Of a DNA stretch of 64,000 bases, positions 49,001 to 59,783 are shown piece after piece. The position numbers were made by a program, and so were the translations under genes. The stretch is taken from the NCBI GenBank assembly GCA_904063045.1, contig CAJFCJ010000006.1:1461745-1525744 (forward strand). Direction: 5' to 3'. Below the pieces are notes generated by a model. That model saw only the letters and a list, made by a program, of their open reading frames with translations, was not told the DNA's origin and made no database searches. This stretch comes from Dimorphilus gyrociliatus (taxonomy: Eukaryota; Animalia; Annelida). Positions within the stretch are counted from its first letter, which is position 1. Each line of letters begins with the position of its first letter.

Positions 49001-52000
49001 AGTAAGATATCAGTAAAAGAAACAAATTTGGTACAGAAACAAGTGAAAAACGAATGTTCAAGGATATAAACATTACGTCATTCGGCACAATGAAAAAGTA
49101 ATCAAATTTTGTACGATAATCAGATAAAACGGTGTGGTATTTCGGATACAACGGTGCTTATATTCGGCACAACATGTGACACTCGTTTATATCATACCAG
49201 CGTCTGTGGCCTACTAACTACAGTAGGCGATTGGGGACGCGGCGGAGAGGTTTGTCCAGCAGGTGGCGTAATAGGATACGTATAGCCGTGATCCTCCTTA
49301 ATTTGAACCTGACTACGCGTACTCCGCTCCGTATCGGGTGTAATTGGGGATTTCAATACATTATATGAAAATGTTTGGCTTTCGTCTTCCGAAGGCCTTA
49401 AAGATAAAACGTTCATCTGCATTCCTCCACCTTTACTGACCTCTTTAGTGGGCGATGTGCACAGAGCACTTATATTGTCGAAGTTTGGATGTCTTTTAAT
49501 CGAGCTTCTGGGCTTCTGCTCTGCTAACATCATTTCTTGCTCAAGGCGTTCAATGGACGGTGAAACGTCAATAATTGGTGATAAATCCGTTACTGGTGAC
49601 CAATCCGGTGGTGGTTTCATCTTCGTTTGAGAGTCGTCTTTCTTGCTAGCCACTTTTACTTCGTCAACTACTTCATAATAATTTGGAGATGGTGGAGACG
49701 CACGATCGGGCGAAACGTCTAAGATGCCACGGTCATCAATGATACCCACCGAACGTTTGGGCTGTTCTTGACGCAATGTTGTAGGAGAGACGGATTTATT
49801 TGTCATGTTTGCAGTATCGCTTGCTACTGTTGCAGCATATGATGCTAAATCAAGAGCTTTAGCGGGTTTTGGTGGAACTTTATCTAAAAGTAAAGCTTCT
49901 CCTTGTGTATCCTCTCTAATACGGTTTGCTTTAGCGTTAATCTGTTCGATTTCATCGCAAGGACCATCTAGCTCGTATGGATCGAAGAAAGCATCGGTCC
50001 TGGATAAGGGTCTAGACGGGGGCGACATATCGGATATGGAAAACGTAAATCTCGAGTCCCTGGGTGATATCGGCGGTGACATTAGTCTGGGAGGTGACGA
50101 ATGAGGTGGACTATCTCTATATCGCTTCCAGTTAGGACTGCGGGGAGGCGTTAATGGTGATTTAGCAGGACTTTTCGATCGTTCCTTATAACGTTTCTGT
50201 GCCTCGTATTCGTTCTTTGATTTTCGAACCTTTTGTTCGATCGGCTTTCTATATTGATCAGCTTCCTCTTGATCGAAAGTGAGATTTTTCGGACGGTGCT
50301 TATGGTACACTTGACCGTCATCTTCCGCTTCACGTTTCATAGATTTGACTGATTCCGAACTTTCTGAGTCACTCCGTGACGTTTGTGGTGGACCTAAACA
50401 ACAAGGTTAATTCATTTCTCACATTATCAAATTATTCATTATAAAAGTATTATATATAAAGAAACTTAAGCTATTTGTGCTCAAATATATTATATCGTCT
50501 ATATTTATATAATGCTAATTATATGTACTGTATGCTGCTCATAAATTAATATAAACATAGGCGTATACAGATAATGATAATCATATTAATCATATTAATA
50601 AGCGGGTAAACTATCTGGTGTAACTATTCTGTATTCATTTCCCCCTATGCTCGCCTAGAAATGAATAATTAAACAGGCAAAGCCTATTCGCCTATGAATA
50701 TTTCATAAACGCAATTACCTTTTGTTCGAACTTGCGGTGACGAGTCTCGCGGATCGTTGTACGTTAATCCGTTCGTTCTATCGTATTTCCGTTGCTGTTG
50801 TAGCAATTGTTGCTGATATTGCTGTTGTAGCTGTTGGGTCATATGCTGTTGCTGCATTTGCTGCTGATATTGTTGTTGTAGCTGTAGGGGCATTTGTTGT
50901 TGTTGTTGTTGTAGTTGCTGCTGCATTTGCTGTTGCATTTGCTGCTGCATTTGCTGCTGACCTTGCTGTTGTGGCTGTTGAGGCAACATTTGTGGTTGCA
51001 CTTGTTGATATTGCTGTTGTAGGGGTTGGGACATCTGTTGTTGTTGCTGTTGTTGTTGCTGGTGTTGATGTTGAGGATGTTGAGTGTGTTGAGAATGTTG
51101 GGGATGTTGTACATGCTGCGCATGTTGAGCATATTGAGTATGCTGAGGATGCTGAGGATGCTGAGGATGCTGAGGATGCTGAGGATGCTGAGGATGTTGA
51201 CTATGTTGAGGATGTTGAGGATGCTGAGCATGTTGTGGATGTTGAGGATGTTGTGTTTGTTGTGCAAGTTGCTGATGTTGTTGGTGTTGCTGGTGTTGAT
51301 ATTGCTGATGTTGTAAGTGTTGCGGATGTTGTGATTGTTGCTGTCTTTGACGACGTTGATGTTCTTCTTCATAATCCCTTCTTGTTGTGGGCATTTGTTT
51401 ATCGGGTGTCTGACTAAATTGCTCAGGATCTGGTACGGGCATCCTCTTCGGCCGTTGATTACGATCCTGCCCCCTACGAATTTTCTCCTCGTCTACCAAC
51501 GACTCCCTAGGGGGTTGTCGGTGTTGTGGGAAATTTGCTTGATTCTCCTTATTATGTTCCGAATAGATCGGTTGATCTCTGCGCCTAGGATCGTTTTGGT
51601 CCTCTTTTTTCAATTCTAATCCCGTGACGTGGGGTAAAGTGGGCCCACTTCTCCCGTGATACCATGCTCCTGAACTCTTTATCAATTCCTTCTTCTTTAT
51701 GCAAACAGTACAAGTCCATTCCCTTTGCTGTATAAATAATAAGGGAGAAAGTATGATTAAAGCAATTTTTTCAATAAACTAGCAAACGGCCGGCGATATA
51801 TTGCGGTACCGCATTGCTGTGTCGCCGGTGTACGTGATCTGCAAAAATATATATAAAAAAAGAGTACTAGGATGTCTAGTTTTAGGCCTCAAAGATTACG
51901 ATATTATTTGCTCATTCATTTGGTCGTTGTTTTCTCTGGTTGTTCCCTTTCCCTATTCGACTGATTCCCTCTCAAAGAAAACCTAATTACGTTAGCCAGC

Positions 52001-52878
52001 TTGCATAGTTAAACAGGCGTATTTTTTTTTATCAATACAGACATTTTTTGCCGCTACTTACCGAACTGATTGGAGATAATTCGAAACGACCGCATTTGTT
52101 ACAAACGTTCTTCCGGCATTCCGAACACGTCCGTCCCTTGGCCGAGTCGACTATATTCGTCTCAGAGCATACGGGACATTTCAGTTTCTCCTCTTCAGTA
52201 CCCAAAGAGGCACGACGCTCTACCGATGCAGCTAGTACTGTGTAATCCTGCTCTAAATTCCTGTATTGGATACAAATGAATTGGACTATAATTAACTTAT
52301 TGACTTTACGACGGTGAAAATAATCGATAAGGAACATATTGTACTATAAACGAGATGACATCACACACACGCACTTTACGTTCTATCGATTCCTTATCGA
52401 TTATTTATGCGCGGATGCCCCGCTCCGAAGAAGAGAAGCGTTAATCTGGGCAAAAATCGTACGGGAAATGAGGAGATTGGTAGTGCTAGCTATTTGCTTA
52501 TTTATTGCCTATTATTCGAACATATTACCGAATTCGACTTGTCTCGTCGTTCTGCATCTGTGTTGCCTTTGCCATCACCTGAGCTATTTGGGCTCGTTCC
52601 TCCGTGCTGAGGTGGCTAAGATCCACTTCCGGTGGTTCGAGCGGAGTATGTTGACCGGAACAAGGTGCCGAAACGGCGTTTCTTTTGGGGGCAACAAACT
52701 CCTGTTCCATGCGCTGAAATCGGTTAGCCTGAGGAGTAGTTCGTCCTGACAGGCTACCGGAGGTCCTTGGGCTTTGGAATGTGCGGGGAGCGGAAACTGA
52801 GACAATCCTGGCCATAGGTTCTGATTGTGGCTGGTTCTCCTCGTCGATCATCAAGAAACTCTTCAATCCCCTAAACAT
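41434..52878 (-). CDS. PCLO: Piccolo-like presynaptic active-zone scaffold (RIM/Piccolo/Fife family); exons 52878-52529, 52260-52062, 51727-50719, 50393-49198, 48939-46193, 46127-45934, 45873-44732, 44497-44438, 41970-41800, 41699-41434
   Basis: A Rab-binding helix (EVDLSHLSTEERAQIAQVM) precedes a FYVE-type Zn finger (CPVC...CSEC...CNKC...WTCTVC...SSGAW). The PDZ reads GIGMKIVGGK...GAYVAAI...QILEWNGIPLTGKTYEEV (Piccolo-type). C2A reads DSNGLSDPF/YDHDRF.DDFIG...DNKPHWYKL. A terminal C2 reads GLLLINIIFDQELTV...YFNEMFVF...KLFGE...W. All junctions are phase-consistent. Confidence 0.85.
44871..44925 (-). repeat. GCN trinucleotide tract encoding poly-alanine in the Piccolo-like protein
   Basis: Mixed GCT/GCC/GCA codons giving about 18 consecutive Ala. 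Confidence 0.9.
51141..51194 (-). repeat. Six perfect 9-bp tandem units (plus strand TGCTGAGGA) encoding (QHP)n, inside a larger Q/H/P-rich tract at about 50810-51350
   Basis: Directly visible tandem array within exon 3 of the Piccolo-like gene. Confidence 0.95.
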
Positions 52879-54091
52879 TTTGGAGCCTCAGTTCAGTGTA
52901 ATCCTATCTTTGCTCCAGGAGCCTCTACACGTTCAGCGCGGGGACTGCATCCCGCTAATGAGCCTCGGTTTGGCCATCTGACGTCATTGCAGGGGATTCC
53001 AGATCGACTGCAGTCGCTTTTTATTGATTGGTGCACTTTAGTGCGTTACAACGTTTCTATCGATTTGACGCTTTTAATAGACGTCGAATGTTTTTGTTAC
53101 TAAATTTAATTTGAATAAAAGTCTTTTTCGATATACTAAAATAGTTAAATAAGCCACATGTAAGTTTTTTTAATGTAATACACAAAAAGAGGCCCTATAT
53201 ATTCTCCCGCCTAAACAATATGGCGTAAAATCACGTGACCAGATTAATCATTACAACTTTTTTTCTCTTTTCGCAGAGACTAATATTATATGTTATGCAC
53301 ATATAGTATATTTATAATATTATTATAATATTATATAAACAAGATAAAACAAATGGAAATCATTGAATTAATGTCAGAATAACAAAGAATAACAAATTTT
53401 AAATAATAATAAGTTTAAATTTAATTAGTTAAGAGAGACAGTTTTTCTCTTTCTCTCTCTTTCTCTCCCTCCCCCTCCCCCTCTCTCTCTCTCTCTCTCT
53501 CTCTTTTACAACATAATTATTCGATCTAATGGGAATAACTGAACTACTAATTGTTTAATAAGCAGGATATCATCAATTTACTAAAATTCTATTTAAATAT
53601 GACTTTAGAAAACGGATACTCTATTAAATCTTCCTTAAAAGAAAAGTAGTAAATAATTCTGTTGATACACCAGTTCGACGACCATTGAATAAATCTTTGT
53701 ATATTAATAATTAAAGGCTAGAGAAATGTTTCCTCTTATATTTAAATAACAAAAAAAAAGTCTCCTTTTTAGGGCAATTTTCCACCTTTTTTCAATCAGA
53801 TTATATAATCAGTTTTTTAAGCTATCAATTTTAAACAGTCATTGTAAATTATAAGTATAAAATAAATGGGAAAACTACATAGTTTTGTAATTTATAATGT
53901 AAATCTGTAGTTACTAGTGAAAATTCTGCTTATGAATAATATTTTAGATGAGGTTCGGCGGAATTATATTCGCTTTTCAAATTCGTTTAGTCTTTTCTCC
54001 GATAACATTACTTATTTTTTGCACTTTTTTTAGTCATTGAATCGATTTTTGATCTATCTTTTCCTTTCTCTTCGTTCCTATCATATATACA

Positions 54092-54134
<43 letters not shown>

Positions 54135-54882
54135 CTTTTTTCTCCCCCTTCCCCCCCACTCTCTCTCTCTCTCTCTGGCTCGCTTATCCATTTCGATCTT
54201 TTGTGAAGAATATAAAGCTCTCGTAATAGGATGACCTTACAGTGCAATAAAGGTCGAAAAGTACTTTTCAAGAATATTAACCTTTTTCCTACACCATACG
54301 AAATTGCTTTAATTCGTAGATATCGAAAATATAGAAATATGTAACTTTCTGTTCTTTAAATGGCAAATTATTAATATTTCATTCATTAAACATTCCATTG
54401 CACGAGTGTTTTTCCACTTGGGAATATTTTTATATCATTCCTAGTTGGTTTTGTTTTTATATTTCGTTTTTAAATGGTTTAGTATGAAGAGATAATGCTT
54501 CTTTTCTTTATATTATTCTTTTTTAATGGCCTCATTAGCTTGACAAAAATATGTGTAATTTACAAGCTTATATTTTAGACTATTCGATCATATTTCTCTA
54601 TTTTCTCTTCTTCTTTTTCTTCTTCTTCTTCTTCTTTTGCTTTATTCTATTAATTATTTAATAGACTGCAACAAATAAAGAAGTTTATCTTTATTTAAAT
54701 AATATATTAATTAATTAATTCTCAAAGATATTGGAAAACAGTTAAGAAAGTAAAGAAAAAAAACTAGAATAAATACTTTAATGATTAAAATATTAATTTA
54801 ATATATCGTTTTTAAGGAATTATTGATATTGTTATTGGCTCGTTTCAGAATAGAAATGTATTGAATAGGCTTTATTCGACTG

Positions 54883-54922
<40 letters not shown>

Positions 54923-54932
54923 AACTTAATAC

Positions 54933-55388
54933 TGTAGGCTGAATGGATGTCGAAAAATGTTCAAAAAAGTTTGCAGTGTCCTCATGAATGCTCCAATAAT
55001 TACACCTTTTTTCATAAAAATAGTGACGATGACTCATATTACGCAACACTTTAGAAAAGAAATTTCTATTATAATTCAAATTAGTTTCTTGAGGTCCGTT
55101 TTTCTTAGAGAAAAACATACAGCAGCGCTCCTGCGCCTCAGCCTCAGTGTCGTCATCTGAATTGTAAATTTGAAAACTTTTACTTTATCTGTTTCTGAGG
55201 AATTGATGACTGGTAAAAGTTGTATTAAGTAATAAAAATAACGAATAAACGATAATCTTTCGATAGGAATCCAGCTGTTCTTATTAGATATAATTTTTAA
55301 TAAAATTAAAAGTACCTGCAAATTTTACGCCGATAGATGGCTCTGTTGTCCTGATCTTACTATGACTAACTGTATTCAAAGCCTTCAT
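54933..55388 (-). CDS. Small orphan gene, first two exons (55388-55316, 55156-54933); 3' end unresolved
   Basis: An ATG exon MKALNTVSHSKIRTTEPSIGVKFA with a G|GTACT donor joins in phase to an open exon DDDTEAEAQERCCMFF...IQPT|GTATT. It lies head-to-head with CCDC50. Confidence 0.4.
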
Positions 55389-55501
55389 TTTTTTTAATTA
55401 TTCGATACTAAATCAATCTGCATCGGTCGATTTTAACATGTTCAGTTGAAATTTAAATGCATATTCAAGTTATGCGCTGATTTCTACCTATTTTGAAGGC
55501 G
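55389..55501. promoter_or_regulatory. Candidate bidirectional promoter between orphan (-) and CCDC50 (+)
   Basis: 113 nt separate the divergent ATGs. The call depends on the orphan being real. Confidence 0.4.
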
Positions 55502-55953
55502 ATGGCTAAGAACAATTTTAATGAAAATAGTAGACCGTCTGTGAATGAAGGTAAATAGTTGCGATAGGGTTTATAGGCCCACAATTTCTTAACCGATTCG
55601 TGATTTATAGTCAGGAGACAATTTGGAATTCATGAAGATAGACAATTGGCCCATAAATTACAAGAAAACGAATGTAAGATATAATCAAGAAACAATAGAT
55701 TTCGTTAAATTAATAATAAACTTTATTTTAGTCAATGAAAAATATGATTTTAACCGTTTCGAGAGAAGAAATTCAAGAAAAGACGTTCCAATGGCAAAGT
55801 ATGTTCATTCGAAAGAAGAGGAAAGAATTCAAAAAGAACGTTATGAACATCTAATGCGCCAAAAGCAAGTGTAAGTACTTTTTAGATATGCAAAATATTT
55901 TCTTTCTTAAATTTCTATGAATAATGATTTGTGTAATAGTATCTTTTATATAT

Positions 55954-55993
<40 letters not shown>

Positions 55994-58171
55994 ATTCCTT
56001 TGAAACAGTTAATACTTGTTCAACGTTTAATCGCCATTATCCATAATATAGGAACTTTAAAAATTTATAATCTATTGTAAAAACTAATACTAAACAGTAA
56101 ATACAAAAGTCATCTCTAATGGTTAGTTTACCCGTTGTAAACCTGTTGATACAGTAAGTTTGTCTTTATATTTTTGTTATATTTTAGCCAAACAAATTCG
56201 AAAATTTCGCACAAGTGTCTAAAAAAAAAATAACAGCTATTGACAAACAGAAAAAGTATTAAAAATTATAATTGATTTTTGCATTGGCTTAATTCTTATT
56301 TTAAGATGAAAAATCTATTGATTCAATCTATTTTCGTATTAATTCTTTCGATAATTAATGATAATAATAATATAGTTACGGTGCTCATCAAGATTATCCT
56401 TCCAGAACTTTTGGGTGATGATTATCTTTTACAGTGTTGTTCTATTATGTATTTATGCCGGAAGTTGATATACATGTTAACACTTCGTTAATTCATTTTA
56501 ACTGTAGTGTGGCTAAAAGGTTCATTAGATATTTATTCTACCTATTTTGTAGGTAGATATCAAAGGGTTTGCTTATATCTTTTGAAGATTAATCTCGTTA
56601 TTTTGTTACAAGCTTGTTTATATTTTATTTCTTCCGTGCCCCAACTTGATGAGCATTGTATTAATATATATATAGTGCATACTAGCAAACGAGCAAACTC
56701 CAGCAGTTTATATAATAACTATAAGTTGATCAGTTCCTAAAGGAGAACGATGCGAACTATTACTGACTGTACCACATTTTAATAGAGATTATTGACAGAG
56801 CACGTGTTGTAGTACCTAACTGTCTTAAGTAATAGACAGCTTACTAGTTTGTGTATATACTAATGGATTTTGCTTATTGCCAGTAACATATACACTTAAA
56901 TATAATATATTATATGTTCGTTCTTCTTATTATAATTAATGATTGTTACCAAGTGCGTTGATGGTTTGAAATGAATATGATTGATTGATTGATTGAATAT
57001 AATTTTTTTTTTCTTCATCTATCTATTATAGTGCTGAAGCTGATGAAAAATTAGCTAAAAAGCTCGCTGAAGATGAAATACGTGAGCGGAAAATGAAACA
57101 ACAGAGACAGAGCATGATAGAAATTGATGATATGGTATAAAGAATGATTATTATTATTTATATGAATAATTTATACATATAATAATATATTTTATCTATT
57201 TTTTCTTAGCAATTTGCGAAACAATTACAAGATATGGAGGAGCAACAGGCAAAACTCGCTACCCAAGAGAAAGAATTAACTAGGGAACGTAAGAGACTGG
57301 AAAATGTCCTTAATTACGAGATAAATACTTTAAGAAATTATCGAAAAGAGGGCAGACCTTCTCGTTCCATTGAAGAGAATATGCACAATATGAGCATCTC
57401 TTCTGCCAATGGAAATTCAAAGTAATATAGATTTAGCTAAATATTTTATCACTATCAATAATAAATTTCTTGGGGTAAAGGCTATTGAGGCAAGATGGTA
57501 AAGTGGAGGACCTTGGAGATTTTTCAGATTTTTGTGCTCCTATCGATCCATTATTGAGTGAAGAGGAGAGGAGGGAAATTCAAGAGCAACAAGATCAGGA
57601 ATTGGCCAGATTACTACAAGATCAGGAACACAAAGTAAATAGCAAATAGATTAAATTTGTTTTGGTTTAGTTTAGAACATTTATCTTTGTCTAAAAAGAG
57701 GGGAGCTGACATTAAATTGAAGATGAGAGAATTAGAACAGAAAGACTTAGAAATTGCAAAACTATTTCAAGAGCAAGAGAGGCTGAGGAGTCGAAGGAAA
57801 AGAATTCATAGACAACAAATTAAAAAGGTTTGTAGGAAATTTGCTGTTGTAAAATTTGTATTTAGTTGATTTAGCTTCTTCTAAATTGTTGTTAATTTAG
57901 TCAATGTTATTTCTTTCTCTTCTCAAATGACTTACAGCCAGATGATTATCCTATTCCACCTGGTTGTCAGCGAGACGCCAGAGGCAATTCTTCGCAGTGC
58001 TAAATTTGAGTAAATCTGTTTATAAAGTATGATGAAGTTGGACAGAATTCAACATCTTATTGTTAATTAATTAAATTCATATCATTGTGCTTGCTTTCGT
58101 TGATAAAAATAATTCATGTTTATACCTAGACAGTTTGTGTTAAGCCTTTTACATATTAATTTAAATATATA

Positions 58172-58222
<51 letters not shown>

Positions 58223-59385
58223 CAATAACAATATTATTATGAATGTTTAGTTTGTTATTAATTTCCTTAAAGACCAGTTTTCTCTGTTTATCTATCAAAA
58301 TATCAATTTTGATGCTGATTGGTAATAATAGTGTTTTTCAAGCTAATTTCTTTTATCTTACCTTTCATAATAAACAGCTGAAAGCTGGTCAATCCACTAC
58401 TTTGAACAATGAATCGAATTCATCAAGTTCAATGCTTGATATCGGTTCTGTTACTTTTGGGGGAGAAGCTAGCAAATCTCATCGACCAATACCACCTTCA
58501 TACGAGGAACATGTTCGCCGTCACGGAGCGAAGCCTTTGCCTTCCTCTCCTATTTACGAAAATCAGGCTGTCTTTGATAACAGTCAATCTGAGTCTTCTC
58601 CTGAAGCGATTAGAGAAATGGGATCGGATGAAGAAGTTCCTGAAATGATCTCTCAATGGGAACGAGCTAACTCACCAAAGCGACCAATGAGTGAGTTGGA
58701 TCGTGCTAGAATGTTATTTAGCTCGGAATCAGCTGAAGAAGTTAAAGGAGATGTCAGAAAAAAAGACAGACGATCTAGAGAAAATACCAAACAATTATAC
58801 TCAAAGCCGGGTAAAGATAGACCCATCAGTGTAGCTATTGGCGCATCGGGTCATTACGAAGAGTTTCCATATCGTGAGAATGATTTAGGAAAGGGTAAAC
58901 GATCCAAGTCTTCTGATCGATTGGATAAAGCAAGATCCAGAGCTCCCATTACCGTAAACCGATTAGAATTGGACAACGGAACTCTTGATGACAATCTTCT
59001 TAGCGATAACAGGTTTTTCTAATTTGTTTTTTTTTTCTTCTTATTTAAGCGTTCTTGTAATTCTGGTATGTTTTTGCTCATCAATTTAGAAAATCCCACC
59101 GTCCACTTCCACAAGCTCAAAGGTTACCCCAAACGAGTACCAACGTCTTTTCAAGTATAGATCCTACATATCGTCGCCAGCATTCAGTCGAGCAGGTTTC
59201 GACAGGTACTATTAATGCATTGATTATATACACTATCTTATAAATTAATGATATATATAGAAATGGATGAAGAGAATCTTTATAGTGAACTCATGACTCC
59301 TCCATCATCTCCTGGTTATGTGCAGAATGATAAAAGAACTTCGGAACAAGCTAAAAAGAATAACTCAAATTGCAAACAGCAATAG
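55502..59385 (+). CDS. CCDC50: Coiled-coil domain-containing protein 50-like (multi-exon)
   Basis: The N-terminus SVNEVRRQFGIHEDRQLAHKLQENE...RKDVPMAK matches the CCDC50 N-domain. Repeated DEKLAKKL / DQELARLLQDQE / DLEIAKLFQEQE MIU-like motifs follow. The last exon ends NSNCKQQ*. Confidence 0.85.
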
Positions 59386-59783
59386 GATAAATCATGTCAG
59401 AACAAACGGATCTACAAACAAATTTTTTACTTGGCAATTGTTAATTACGTAATAAAGAAATTTAAATGACATAATCTCGACTTTTTGTTCTTATATTATC
59501 TTATATCGATTTTTTTTACCGGCTAAGCTACATTTCCTCCCTCTACCGGTTTTCAGAGAGAGCATTCTGCCAGTCGTGACGTCATTCGATGCATTTTCAT
59601 TTGCAATTGCGCAAATATTACTGCGCTCTCTCCTCGTCAGTTACTCCGCTTTGAGTCATTTATACGATGATTACACCAGTTTTTTTGGAAGTCTAAAGTT
59701 GTCATAAGGCCAAGAGTTGTTGTTAAAGAGGTGCAAAATTCGGTTATGCTTAAAAATACTAACAAGTCAGTTAGAAAGAAATA

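Noticed and set aside
50722-51619. Long plus-strand and alternate-frame ORFs (V/A/D-rich, L/M/R-rich, N/I/L-rich)
   Set aside because: These are shadows of the CAG/CAA/QHP repeat tract of the Piccolo-like exon. Such repeats lack stops in several frames.
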